Made by a program: the position numbers and the translations under genes
Notes under the pieces: model-generated
Database searches by the model: none
Told to the model about the DNA's origin: nothing
Seen by the model: only the letters and a program-made list of their open reading frames with translations
In this document: positions 1-12,300 of the stretch, in pieces
Layout: every line of letters begins with the position of its first letter
How positions within the stretch are numbered: the first letter of the stretch is position 1
Assembly (NCBI GenBank): GCA_030248215.1
Contig: JASANG010001881.1
Span: 124,001-188,000 of the forward strand
Length of the DNA: 64,000 nucleotides
Reading direction: 5' to 3'
DNA from: Enoplolaimus lenunculus
Taxonomy: Eukaryota

Positions 1-9
1 AGTATTTAC

Positions 10-1885
10 CTGTAATATTCATTCGATAATTCATCCATATGGTTCCGTTATTATGAAGTAGGACCCAAATGTTAGGAAACGGAGACCGATGAATTGCGGC
101 AGCTTTGCTGTTGATAAACGTTAAATTGGGCAGCCATATCTTAGTCATCATAGCTTTCGTCAGGGTCACATTGTTTTTACACGCGAACAAATCGTCAAAT
201 TTAAGTCCAGGATCGTTCCATACTTCGGATACGTAAATTGTGACGAAAAAATCCTGAAAAAAATTTTCTCAATTCAAATTCAAAATTGACTCGGTTAATA
301 TACATGTCGTGGGTCAAACTGGAAACATTTCAACTCAAGTTCAAAATTGACTCGGTTAATATACATGTCGTGGGTCAAACTGGAAACATTTCAACTCAAG
401 TTCAAAATTGACTCGGTTAATATACATGTCGTACGCCAAAGTGCTATTTAAGGACAACTGCTAATTGGCCAAGGCCAATCCGTCACCGTCCGTCACTATA
501 CGTTATCGTACGCGAGTTGTTTGCGTACGATACCACACGGTGACGGACGGCACCGGACGGATGCATGACGGCGCCGGACGGATGCATGACGGCGCCGGAC
601 GGATGCAGGACGGCGCCGGACGGATGCATGACGGCACCGGACGGATGCATGACGGCGCCGGACGGATGCATGACGGCGCCGGACGGATGCATGACGGCGC
701 CGGACGGATGCATGACGGCGCCGGACGGATGCATGACGGCGCCGGACGGATGCATGACGGCGCCGGACGGATGCATGACGGCGCCGGACGGATGCAGGAC
801 GGCGCCGGACGGATGCATGACGGCGCCGGACGGATGCATGACGGCGCCGGACGGATGCAGGACGGCGCCGGACGGTACCATAGCATAGCGCAACCCTCAC
901 TTTGACAGTAAAACCGCGTTTTTATATTTATATTTTTTAAATGAATAAAAACATAAATGACATCTCAAACCTGTGCTAATTTCGAACTGGCTGCAGTAAT
1001 AACTCTACATTATTTAGTTTAATTTAACCTATAAAACAAAAACTTCCTACGGGGGTTCAGCCAGAGTTGATAATATTTGCAACTGAGGTTTTTAGTGGAG
1101 AAAAATCAAAATTAGCAACTGCAGCTGGAAAATTGGCTATTTTTTGTACTCTTTGAATTAACCTAATCTGAAGCATTTTCTGGTATAAACCAGGCGTTTC
1201 AGCCCAAGGTCACAACACCGGATTCTAGCATGAAATACTAATACAAATTTTTGGTTTCGAAAATTGGCCCATATAAAACATCAGGGGCGGAACGTTCTTC
1301 TGTGGGACTGCAATAGATTAAGCTTAAGCTTTAGACTATTTTTCCTTGGCTTACGCTTAGGCTTAGGCTTAGGCTTAGGAATAAACTCATTCTTACGCTC
1401 AGGCTTAGGCTTAGGCTTAGGCTTAGGGTTAGGGCTAGAAATATGCTTATAATACTGCTCCGCCACTGTTTTTACATTGACCTAAAAATTAATGAAATGG
1501 CTGACCGCCTAGCCTTCTCTTGCTGCCCTCATCCCAGCACCAATTCAATCACCTGAGTTATATCAGATATGCTCGATATTTCTTGTACCCAAATTTCAAT
1601 TGAAACATTAACCGGTCCCCCGCCAGGGACTTTGTCACGATTATAGCGTTTCATAACACGAGACATGACGTCACTTTCGTCCAAACACAAATATTTGGTT
1701 GTATTACGGCCGACACTGGCTCGGAGGAAGTCCGGAACGGCCGTATCCGGCGGCAACGAATTTAAATCGATTTGCGAAAGCCGCAGCCCTGGTTTGACAT
1801 CGGCCAATAAGTTTTTGAGCAGGGTTCCGTTTAAAAATGTCATTATTTCGACTGAATGTAGAATTACTGCGCTTACAAGAGTCAT
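10..1885 (-). CDS. Cys-loop ligand-gated ion channel subunit, nematode ACC/MOD-1-type group; 5' part only (continues past left edge). Exons 1885-1553 and 253-10
   Basis: Spliced translation ...[50 protein letters not shown]...KIWLPNLTFINSKAAAIHRSPFPNIWVLLHNNGTIWMNYRMNITG. The WVQEI, IHRSPF and NGTxWxNYR motifs are typical of the group. GT donors at 1552 and 9, TTTTTCAG acceptor at 254; phases match. Start codon uncertain. Confidence 0.85.
271..431. repeat. 61-bp tandem repeat, about 2.6 copies, intronic
   Basis: CAAAATTGACTCGGTTAATATACATGTCGT recurs at 281, 342 and 403. Confidence 0.9.
479..897. mobile_element. GC-rich MITE-like element (end ...TAGCGCAACCCT) with an expanded 21-bp minisatellite (about 15 copies)
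   Basis: Unit GACGGCGCCGGACGGATGCAT at 545-875. Hairpin core TATCGTACGC..GCGTACGATA. Same family, inverted, at 15491-15882. Confidence 0.8.
1266..1482 (+). mobile_element. GGCC-ended MITE carrying TTAGGC arrays (subfamily a)
   Basis: TIR GGCC.CAT.TAAA...CAGGGGCGGAAC / CCGCC.CTGTT.TTTACATTG.CC; internal (TTAGGC)n. Confidence 0.8.
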
Positions 1886-2271
1886 AGTTTTTAGGATTTT
1901 TGCAGCAAACTGGCTGCGCAAACGCCTAATAAATGCAGTAAACAACTGCGTTTTCTGTCATAGTTTGTTACAAATGTGTGGGCATTCTAGCTTTATATAT
2001 TAACATTCATATCATGGATATCTATTAAGCTTTAAAGATAGTAAACTGAAAATTTCTCGCTTGCTGTGCGATGCATATAACGTATATACATTGCGCTGAG
2101 TTGCCCATAGTCAACTCTATGTCAGAAGGGGTTAAAGTAGTAGAGACTACGTGTTACGTAACTGACTATGGAACCTATCGCAAATTGTTGGGAATGGGTT
2201 TCTGTGGATAACCAGAAATCATAAACTCAACGCGGAAATTGAGATTTGTGTGCAAATGTCTCCACAAGACC

Positions 2272-2630
2272 GGCCAATGTAAAGAATAGGGGCAGAACAG
2301 TAGTATAAGCGTAATCCTAAGCCCAAGCCTAAGCGTAACAATGAGCATATTTCTAAGCCTACGTCTAAGGCTTAGCCTAAGCGTTAGAATGAGTTTATTC
2401 CTATTCCTAAGCCTAAGCCTAAGCCTAAGCGTAAGGCTGAGTTTATTTCTAAGCCTAAGCCTAAGCGTAACAATGAGCATATTCCTAAACCTCCGCCTAC
2501 GCCTAAGCCTAAGCGTAAGAATGAGTTTACTCCTAAGCTTAAAGCCTAAGCCTAAGCCAAGCAAAAAAGTAGTCTAACGCTTAAGCTTACTCTTGTCTAA
2601 AACGTTCCGCTCCTGATCTTTAAATGGGCC
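2272..2630 (-). mobile_element. GGCC-ended TTAGGC MITE (subfamily a), long copy
   Basis: Perfect 8-bp TSD ACAAGACC at 2264-2271 and 2631-2638; GCCTAA arrays with repeated GCGTAAGAATGAG spacer units. Confidence 0.9.
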
Positions 2631-3447
2631 ACAAGACCTTATATGGGCCGTTCTTTTTGCCTCAAACCGGTAGTAATTACTTAGCTATCAGTTACAGCGT
2701 ATTTTAAACAAATCCCTATTGCACCTTTTAGCAGTTTAGCAATTGATTTTGAAACAACCGATACAGCTATTTTTGACAAAATCAACTCTTAATTGAAATG
2801 TTTCTTCCAAAAACCATCGTCTGCCTGCTTGAAACCAAATTAATTTATGACCGAAATATGCAGTTATTTGAGAATATGCGTTTTAAAAATTAATCAAACT
2901 TCAATTGCAAAACTGTCTCAAATTCGGTAAGGTCGGAGGTTAACGATAAATCGAGTTTAGCAAAATGTTTCAAACTCGTCGTTGAAACGAAAATTACGCA
3001 AAATTTATATACTTAAAATGATGTTTAATTTGCTATAGACTAAAAATTGTAAGACACATCCCTAATTTAAATATAATCCCCACACTGCCATCAGCCGGCA
3101 AAGTGAACGCCTTAAGGGCAGATTCTGATGTTGTTCGTAGGAACCGGTATACTAACACATCACAAAACGCACTGAAAATTAATATTTTAGCTAAATTTAA
3201 TATTAAACCGCAGTTTTGCTCTGTGTTCCACACAATTTATATTAATATTTTAAAGCTCTGACAGCCAAAATTGCTTTTAAGAATTAATTTTGCGACAGCG
3301 GAAAACTTTATTAAAAGTGAAACGTTTATTTTAAGATTTTATTTTCAGTTCTTATGAGGTTGTAGTTTTTTCAACATTTAGAGGGGCTGGTTTAATTCTG
3401 CCACATCCGTTTTGTTGTATAATGGTGTATATAGCATTAGACAAAGC

Positions 3448-3632
3448 GACCAATGTTACTTTTAGGGGCGTGACAGCAGATTAAGCGTATTCCTAAGCTT
3501 AAGCCTAATCGTTGCAAAAATGTCTTCCTAAACCTAAACCTAAGCCTGAGCAAAAAATGTAATCTATAATTTAAACCTACTCTTTTGTAGACCCATCAAA
3601 AACCTGGACGCCCCATAACGTAATCGTGGGCC
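3448..3632 (-). mobile_element. GGCC-ended TTAGGC MITE (subfamily c, ATGTTACTTTTAGGGGCG TIR)
   Basis: Perfect 8-bp TSD GACAAAGC on both sides. Confidence 0.85.
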
Positions 3633-3656
3633 GACAAAGCTATGCCACACACTGTA

Positions 3657-3914
3657 CACTGTAAATTCCATTGAGTTGATTAATCAATCCAGCTAGCGAG
3701 TTGGTTATTTCTGAATTAATATCAGTAAACATTAGCTCGCTCTGAGTCGAGTTGCTTTTCACTCTGAGGTGAGTTGACTCTGGGTGAGTTGGTTAATTAA
3801 CTCAGAATGAATTGAATCAACTAAAAATTCTGTGTTCTGAATGTCCTAACTCAGACTGAGACTGAGTGATTGAACTCATTTTTACTTAAAATCAACTCAC
3901 TAAAATTTACAGTG
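3657..3914. mobile_element. CACTG-ended MITE family A (about 250 bp, GAGTT/AACTC motifs), CMC/EnSpm-like
   Basis: TIR CACTGTAAATT..AATTTACAGTG, TA TSD; inserted into the CTGTAGTGACCC terminus of another element. Confidence 0.85.
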
Positions 3915-4330
3915 TAGTGACCCGAATAAGAGGGGCAGTGTGCGTGTGATTGATATTTATTTAGCATCTCCAGAGGGTCGCTCCCATTCGCTATCTTTAG
4001 TTATTTGGATTACACCCCTTTAACTTATAGCCAACCATTTTCCGTGGTTTATGTTCAATACTTCATTAGGAATATTCTTCTAAGACTTTCAGTATGGTCG
4101 TCAAAATGTTGGTAAGACTTAACCTTGAGGAATGAATATAATTATGTAATGAACCTATCTTGGTCCAGGTCGCTACTCAATCGAATAAGAGAAATTGCCG
4201 TTCAAGGACCAATTAGTAATTCTAGATTCTATCCATATACACAGACTCTAATTAGGGAAACAGACTACTATTTGTACCGTAAAAACTCCGACCCTTTATT
4301 ACATACCTGTCTTATTCGAGTCACAATTCA

Positions 4331-4522
4331 CACTGAAAAAAATGGTGAGTCAAATTGACTCTCTCCGAAATAGGCTCTATGGGACAACTCAAACAGAGTC
4401 AAATTCGACTCCGCCAGAGTCAAATATGCGATTCAGTGAGTCCAATTTGATTGACTCAGTTTGTGTAGTCCAGTAGAACCTATTTTGGAGAGAGTCAATG
4501 TGACTCAGCATTTTTTGCAGTG
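4331..4522. mobile_element. CACTG-ended MITE family B (about 190-210 bp, GAGTC/GACTC motifs)
   Basis: TIR CACTG(C)AAAAAATGGTGAGTCA, CA TSD. Further copies near 5603-5811, 5988-6116, 31780-31967, 33056-33588, 35919-36129, 54880-54993 and 61770-61964. Confidence 0.85.
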
Positions 4523-5147
4523 CACCAGTACAAGGGACGTAATTACAAAAACCATACAGAGTTGAAAAATTTTCTAATATATACACTATTGGAACCGGGA
4601 AGTAACCAGCTCACCTTGCTAGGGGGCTAAAATTATTCAGGAGGGGCATTCAAGGGTATTAATGAGTTGCAAGCAAAGTTGAAAATTTTCCAGGGTGGCC
4701 AAAATTTTTCCAGTAGGGGTTTAGCCCCTCCCCTGTCCCCCTTGACTGCGGGCCCGTATAGGAAGGCGCTACAGATCGAAGAATCCCAATAAAAGCACAA
4801 AAGCAGTTGGAAGAATAAATTATTGGACAGCTGAAGCGTCCCTCTAAAGTTATGGTTAGTAATCTAAGCATAAGCCTAAGCGTTCCGTCTATGCGTAAGA
4901 ATGAGCTTATACCTAAGCGTAAGCCTAAGCAAAAAAATACCCTAAACCTTAACTATACTCTATTTCAGATCATCAAAAAACGTTCCGCCCCTGATCTTTA
5001 GGTGAGCCAATTTAATGAACAAAGAACCAACATAGAAAATGACACAGAGAGCGGTTTTTATAAGGCCGCAGTCAAAAAGGAACTTCGATGGCTCAGCGGA
5101 CATTATATTGCCAACGCAGTCAAGATATGTTTCAGCATCGCTTATGG

Positions 5148-5329
5148 GGTCCATGTTACTTTTAGGGGCGTCCAGGTTTCTGGTGGGTCTGTAAAAAGTA
5201 GGTTTAAATTCTAGATTACTTTTTGGTTTAGGCTTAGGCTTAAGCATAGGAACACATTTTGCGAACGCTTAGGCTTAGGCTTAGGCTTTGGAATACGCTT
5301 AATATGCTGTTACGCCCCTAACATTGACT
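5148..5329 (+). mobile_element. GGCC-ended TTAGGC MITE (subfamily c)
   Basis: TSD GCTTATGG/GGTTATGG; internal TTAGGC runs. Confidence 0.75.
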
Positions 5330-6440
5330 GGTTATGGTAAGTTATTTGCAATACCAACATGTCAATTCTTAAGTATCCCTATTCATGGTTAAGAGCCTAA
5401 AGTTGTAGTCATTGACTTCTCTTTGGGTTCTTTGATTTGGCAAAAAGTTTATTTTGTTTCATTTAAAGTTAAACCCGAAAAAACAACTCAACATAAATTC
5501 TACAACACTTGAGTAGTAAATTGAATTACGTATGCTTTTCTATATATTTATAGCAGTTTCTATACAGATTTTTATATATAAATATCAGGTTCGAGAAACT
5601 CGCACTGCAAAAAACGGTGAGTCAAATTGACTCTCTCCGAAAAAGGTTCTACAGACTACTTACACAAATTGAGTCAAATTCGACTTACCGACAGAGTAAA
5701 ATTCGACTGAGTCGCATGTGTGACTCTGACGGAGTCAAATTTGACTCAGTTTGTGTAGTTCCGTAGAGACTATTTCGCAGAGTCAATTTGACTCACCATT
5801 TTTTAGCATTGCATCCGACATTATAGTGGCTAAAATGATTTACAGGGTAATGTTTGAAGAAATTAACTATTTGTGTAGAAAAGATAGAAATTAGGCTTGT
5901 GGACCAATGATGCACTATGAGACGGGTATGGAATTTGTAGCCGTACGGTGCACGTACCTCTGTATTGTCCAAAAATTGGGCAAAATACCGTGCAAAAAAT
6001 GGTGAGTCAATAGTGAGTCGAATATGACTCTGAAGGAGTCGAAGTTGGTCTCAGTTTGTGTAGTTCGGAAAAGCCTAATTCGATATGAGTCAATTTGATT
6101 CACCATTTTTGCAGTGTAGGATGTTCAATTTATAGCTAAATTTGTTGGCAGACACAACATGGAACGTTTGTATCGCTCAAGTATTAGTTTTTAGTAATGC
6201 ACCATAGAGACCAATAGGGCGGCTGGAAAAAATTCCTGCTACGGGGAGGGGTTTGACGGCTACAGACCCCCTATTTCCATCTTTGCTGTGGACTCTTTTG
6301 TTTACAGAGTATAATACATCGTTACATATTTGATTGTCTATCCGGAAAAGGGTTAAGCGTAAAATAATCCGAGCAGTATTTTGGTACCTGGAGCGATAAG
6401 TTTCGATCATGGCTCTTTTAGGATCCGTCCTTTATACCTT

Positions 6441-6707
6441 GGCCCATGTTACTTTTAGGGGCGTCCAAGTTTCTGGTGGGTCTATAAAACAGTAGGTTTA
6501 GATTCTAGATTACATTTTGTGGCTTAGCCGTAGGCTTAGGAACTCATTTTTGCAACGCTTAGCCTTAAAGAGTATGTTTTGAATGTAGAGACTATATTTT
6601 TGCTTAGGCGTAGGCTTAGGTTTATAGAAACATCTTTTTGCAACGTGTACCCTTAGGCTTAGGAATACGCTTGATCAACTGTTACGCCCCTAAAAGTAAC
6701 ATTGGCC
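6441..6707 (+). mobile_element. GGCC-ended TTAGGC MITE (subfamily c)
   Basis: TIR GGCCCATGTTACTTTTAGGGGCG / CGCCCCTAAAAGTAACATTGGCC; TSD TATACCTT/AATACCTT. Confidence 0.9.
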
Positions 6708-6989
6708 AATACCTTCATCCTACATGGACCCGAAAGTAACATTTTTACCATATACAGGCGAAAGTCGGTCAGCTATGAGAAATTTAGTACTCAACAACAA
6801 CAACGGCACTTGGGCTGTGGCAGAAAATCAAACGCAATTTATTAGCTATGTCATCATATCTCAATTTTTGATTTTATTACATGAAACTATATATTTTTCT
6901 ATTCGACTCTGAACTAAAAGTAAATTATTTCCTTTATATCGTTTATTTTGCAGGGTGTAAACGGATAGTAAAAATAACAGAAATGGATA

Positions 6990-7237
6990 CTGTGTAAATT
7001 TCAGTGAGTTGATTTTAACTCAAAATTAAGTTGAATCAATTCAGTGGTCTGAGCTCTGGATTAGGTGTTTCAGAACTCAAAATTCTGAATAAATTGAGCT
7101 CATTCTGCCTTAATTTATTAGCTAACTCAGAATTAAATCAACTCAGAGTGAGTTAATGTTTACTGTTATTAACTGAGAAATAACCAGAAATAAGTATATA
7201 ATTCTTTCTTTGAATGAACTCATCGGAATTTACAGTG
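6990..7237. mobile_element. CACTG MITE family A
   Basis: Degenerate left TIR, right TIR ATTTACAGTG, TA flanks. Confidence 0.7.
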
Positions 7238-7639
7238 TAGCGTTCAAAATAACGAAAACTGGAAACGGGCAACTGATACTGAAAACAGAAGTTTTAAAGA
7301 TGTTTTGTTTTTCTGCCAATACAATTGAGGTGCGCAAATATTCACAAGGAAAATTTTAAAAAAAATAAGAGATGCGTCGAACTTTTAAGACTTTAGATAA
7401 AATTTATAATTTTTATTTCATTTCAAACAATTGCAGCATATCTGTAATGAAACATTGCGAGATATATACTCAATTTATAACTAAATTTAAGGGTAAAAAT
7501 TACAGAATTTCTCTTACTTGCTATAACAGAAACGGATACGGACACCGATTTTAACCGGAACAGAAACTGAAGCGGATATGCGGTTACACCATATGCGAGT
7601 TTGTTTCTCGTTAATAGCTAAAGCACGTTTGTAAATAAA

Positions 7640-7890
7640 CGCTGTACATTCCAATGAGTTAATTAATCAACTCAGACGGAAAGTTAGCTATTTCTAGTTA
7701 ATAACACGAAACTTTAACTCACTCTGAGTTGAGTTGATTCTCACTGTGAGTTGATTTGACTCCGACGGAGTTGATTAATTGAGACAGAAGGAGCTGAATC
7801 AACTCAGAATTGTGAGTTCTGATAGTCCAAACTCAGAATGAGTGATTCAACTCATTCTGAGTTAAAATCAACTCACAGGAATTTACAGTG
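7640..7890. mobile_element. CACTG MITE family A
   Basis: CGCTGTACATT..ATTTACAGTG with AA/AA flanks. Confidence 0.8.
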
Positions 7891-9321
7891 AAGTTTGTAG
7901 ATAGACTTTTGTTTTGATGTAATTTTCCAAACAAATTTTTACGGTGAAAGGTATAAGTTTTAATTAACTTTTTGAAGACTCAAATCCATGGTAAATATTT
8001 TGAGATGGTTTTATTTACCATTTATTGAAGAATTTTGATGGATGTGCAATTAAAAAATACTACGACACGGTGTAATACTCTCTAAAAACTTGAACTTAAA
8101 TTATAGCTTAACTAAACTTGAATATCAGTTTAAATAGAACTTAAATGGCTGGACGGACTAACTTTTTTAGGTTTAACACAAGTTTAAGTAAACTTATTTT
8201 TAGATTAAGTAACAAGTGCAGCTATATATCTAAGAGTACAATAAGTTTGGCTTAAACTTAAAATATGTAAGATTTTAAATGAGTTTAAGCGTAAACCTGC
8301 CTGGTAGTTTAGTTAATCTAAAAAGTTAATTTAATACTGGTGGTTTAGCTTAAGCTTAAATCAAGTTAGTTTAAGCTTTTAAGGAGTACAAATTGATACG
8401 CGATTTTGTTTCGAACAATCAACTCGCTCATAGCTGATTTAATTCCGGATCAGTTGATTAATTAACTCAGAATGACTTCAATCAATTCAGAATTGTGAGT
8501 ACTTAAAAACGTTATTCAGAGCTTAGGTTTCGAAGTGCATTCAACACATATTACGAGTTAAAATCAACTCACTAAAACTTACAGTGTAGGCTTGGTATTA
8601 GGTTTTAGGTTTAGGCTTAGAAATATGCTTACACTTGGGTTAAAGCCCTGACCTTTATATATGACGAAGTTCGTAACCTGGAAAATTCGTCCTCAAATTA
8701 ACTTCTTTCCATAATACAGAAATCTGGCTGTTTGGTACATTTACGGTATTAAGTAATTGGCATTGGGTTTAATTATCTGTGCTGTACACTTTAAATTCAA
8801 TGAGTCGATCAATCAACTCAGAAACATAATTACGATTGCACTATACTCGTCGCGCGCTGCGGCGCTGTAAAAGTTTTTATTAGAAGTTACCGCACGCCTA
8901 CGTTCGCCGGCGAAACGCGGCACGAACCGGCGTTTGACTCAGCAAACTATTGCGCAAACCTAAAAGTTATTCATACTTATTTCTGTGTTAAAAGTAAATA
9001 TTAACTCACTTTGAGCTGTTTTAATTCCTCGTGAGTTGATTGATTAACTCAGAATGAGTTCAATCCATTCAGAATTCCAGAATTTTGAAAGACCGAATTC
9101 AAAGCTCAGGCTTCTGAGCGGATTCTAACTTGTCAACAGTTTGTCGGGTTTGTCGTTAAGGATAAGATCAGGTCTTCGTGCGTTGGCATTTGTTTCGCCG
9201 CTGGATTGGAAACGGGGGGTGCGCTTAGTGAAACCCTTACATTTTCAAGCTGATATCAGCCAGCGGCAAATTATTTTGAGGGGACACAGACTCTGAAAGA
9301 CAATTGGGATGTGAATGCGAT

Positions 9322-12300
9322 TTAATTATAGCTTTCAGTGTAATAGTAATCATCGCCATACGCTTCTTCATCAGCGTCGCTTGAATCAATTGCAACCTGT
9401 AAAGTTTCAAAATTTAAAGACAACACTAAATTGCAGTGAGTTGATTTTAACTCAGAATGAGTCGAATTACTCAGTCTGAGTGAGGACTGTCATAACTCAG
9501 ATTTGTGAGTTGATTCAACTCATTCTGAGCTAACTGATCAACTCACCCGGAATCATATCAACTGAGAGCGGAAATCAGCTCAACTCAGAGTCAATTAATG
9601 CTTATTGTTATTAACGCAGAAATAACTAACTCGCTAGCTGAGTTGATTATTTAACACATTAGAATTTACAGTGAACGCTTTCTTCAATACAATACATAAT
9701 TTTTCAATTTCATCTGAGATGTAATTTCAAGCTGAGATTGGAACTCTTGACTCTTATATATAAAGGCGCTTACCATCAGGGTTCGACAAATTGTACTCTA
9801 TTCAAGTAAGGGTTAGTGAACGTTTTTTCAAAACCATGAAACTGAATTTTATGATCCACTTAACACTACGTTTACCCAGTTCCCACAGCTTTTAGCTTCT
9901 GGGAGAAGTAAGCCTAAGCCTAATGCAGTGCTGGAGCAGACAGGGATGGAGGCTCCGCCAAACTCGCGGGCGAAGCCACGCTGTAAATTCCAATAAGTTG
10001 ATTAATCAATTCAGCTAGCGAGTTGATTATTTCTGAATTAATATCAGTAAACAATAATTTACTCTGAGTTGAGTTGATTTTCGTTCTGAGTTTAGTTGAC
10101 TCTCGGTGAGTTGATTAATTAAATCAGAATGAATTGAATCAACTCAAAATTCTGAGTTCTGATAGTCCTAACTCAGACTGAGTGATTCAATTCATTCTGA
10201 ATTAAAACCAACTCACTGAAATTTACAGTGCAGAGAGAAACCAGACGCAATTTACAACTTCGGCGGTTTTTGTTTCAACCGGTTCGAGTGGAGACCCCTT
10301 TAAGGGTGCCTCACCCCAAGTGGTGGTGTATGCGGGTGGCTGCTCCGGCCCTGGACTAATGCAATTCTGAAAATACTATTTGAACCGAGTAATAACTGAA
10401 ATTTCAAAAATATGAATCAAAAATTAAGAAACAGCTATTAAGTGTTAGAATTCTTTAAATTGTTATCAAAATTCAACTGGGCGTTCGGCTATAGTCATTG
10501 ACAGAAATCAACGTAAATTGAAAATTCGTTTTTGTTTCTCAAATTCAAATTGAAAACATTTTGAAAAATAATTAAGACATCAAACCTCTTCGTAGTCTTT
10601 TTCGAGTGCTCCCAAATCTTCGCGTGCGTCTGAGAATTCGCCTTCCTAAAATTTAAAAGATGTTCGTAATTAAACAACGAAAAATGGTTGACAAAATAAG
10701 AATTAGAAAAAAGTAAACTTTACCAATTTGAAAATTAAATTAAATTGAAAAAACTTCAAAAATTTGCATTATTATATGTAGCACAAAAGTAATTGGGTAC
10801 TGTAGTGACCCGAATAAGAGGGTGTATTAAGAAGTGGTCCTCATTTTTTAGTCCACATCAATAGGAGTTCGTATCCCTAATAAGAGTCCGTAAGCGGATA
10901 CAGTCCCTAAACCCTAATTAGAATCCACAAAATGTCAAATATTCATAATTGTAGTGCTTATATAACTCCAGGACCAAATAAAGTTGAGTTCGAAACTTTA
11001 AAGCGTACTTAAGTTTTAAAAGTACATTCCTAAGTTTAACGTTGCATTATCGATCAAGGTTTTGAAGGGTGGCGGAGCGTTTGTTTAAACTAACTAACAG
11101 TCCGTAACAGAATAACAGGAAGTGCCCCCTTGAGAGGCCAATTAAATATCAGTCCCCTATTATTTGGGTCACTATAGTATTAACTTCGGCATATCAACGC
11201 AATTTTTAATTAATGTCACAGAATTGGCAAATTTCAAAATTATAGTCTGGTTTCGAAAAAAATGTTTTGTATGAAAATTTTATTCGGGTATGTCACAAAC
11301 TTTGGCCCACAGTTTGAAATTTTTTACCCTCAGGTATACCCGTGTCAAAAATTTCTCACCCGTCCGGTGTTTACCCGCAGCTGTGTGACGCATACTCTAA
11401 CCTTGGTCATATTGAAATTGTAAACCAAATCGGTTTAAAATCCTGAAGTTACCTCCATGCCTTCACCAATGTACCAATGGATAAACGCTCGTTTACTGTA
11501 GAGAAGATCGAATTTTTGACTTAATCGCGTCCAAGCTTCCTTAATTGCGGTTGTATTTGACAGCATGCAAACTGCAGAATCAACCCTTGCTAAGTCACCG
11601 CCTAGAAAATGAGATTCTACAAGAAGAATAGAGAATTGTTGAAAAAGCAAACGTTTGAATAAAAAAAGAGGAAATTAATTTTGGTTGTGTTGAATTAAAA
11701 ATGTTTGTTACAATTTATTAAAGGCACACAACATCATATCCTGTTTGAATTTGTATACAAGATAATCGTTTACCTATAAATGAGAGTGGGACATTACCTC
11801 CGGGTAACCGCGGGTACCCGAGCTTACCCGTAAGTAAACGCCCGTCGGGTAAACAATCTCAGGCGGGGGTATACCCGCGGGAAATATTTTTGTCATGCGG
11901 GTGAAAAATTCACAGGTTTCGCCGCGGTAATCTTTCAAGTTTAAAAGTGAAAAACTTACGCTATTGTCTGTTCTATTTCTGGTCAGATGCGGCTCCGTGC
12001 TTTATTTAGCTGGGTTTGAAATTTTGTTGTTTCTAGTAAAATTCATTTGTACAATTCATTGATGCTATATCGCAAAACGTCGCTAAAAGCGTGAATCACC
12101 ACCGATCTTTAAAATTCTTGTTTGACTTCCGGCGCGGGTATAAAGTGCGTCGTGGGAAGATCTTTTTTGCGTGGGTATACTCGCGGATAAAAAATTCTTG
12201 TTTGCATGAGAATAGCGTGGGTCGGGTAAAAAAATCAATACCCACTTCCCACTCTGCCCATAATCTTTGTGAAATCTTGAGATAGGAATAATATATCAAC

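Noticed and set aside
465..905. Five overlapping repetitive ORFs (MHDGAGR etc.)
   Set aside because: Artefact of a stop-free 21-bp minisatellite inside an intron; same for the ORFs at 15497-15907.
2175..2630. LRLRLGLG/KPKPKP ORFs and possible true telomere
   Set aside because: Short degenerate TTAGGC arrays bounded by TIRs and TSDs; the ORFs are hexamer-repeat translations.
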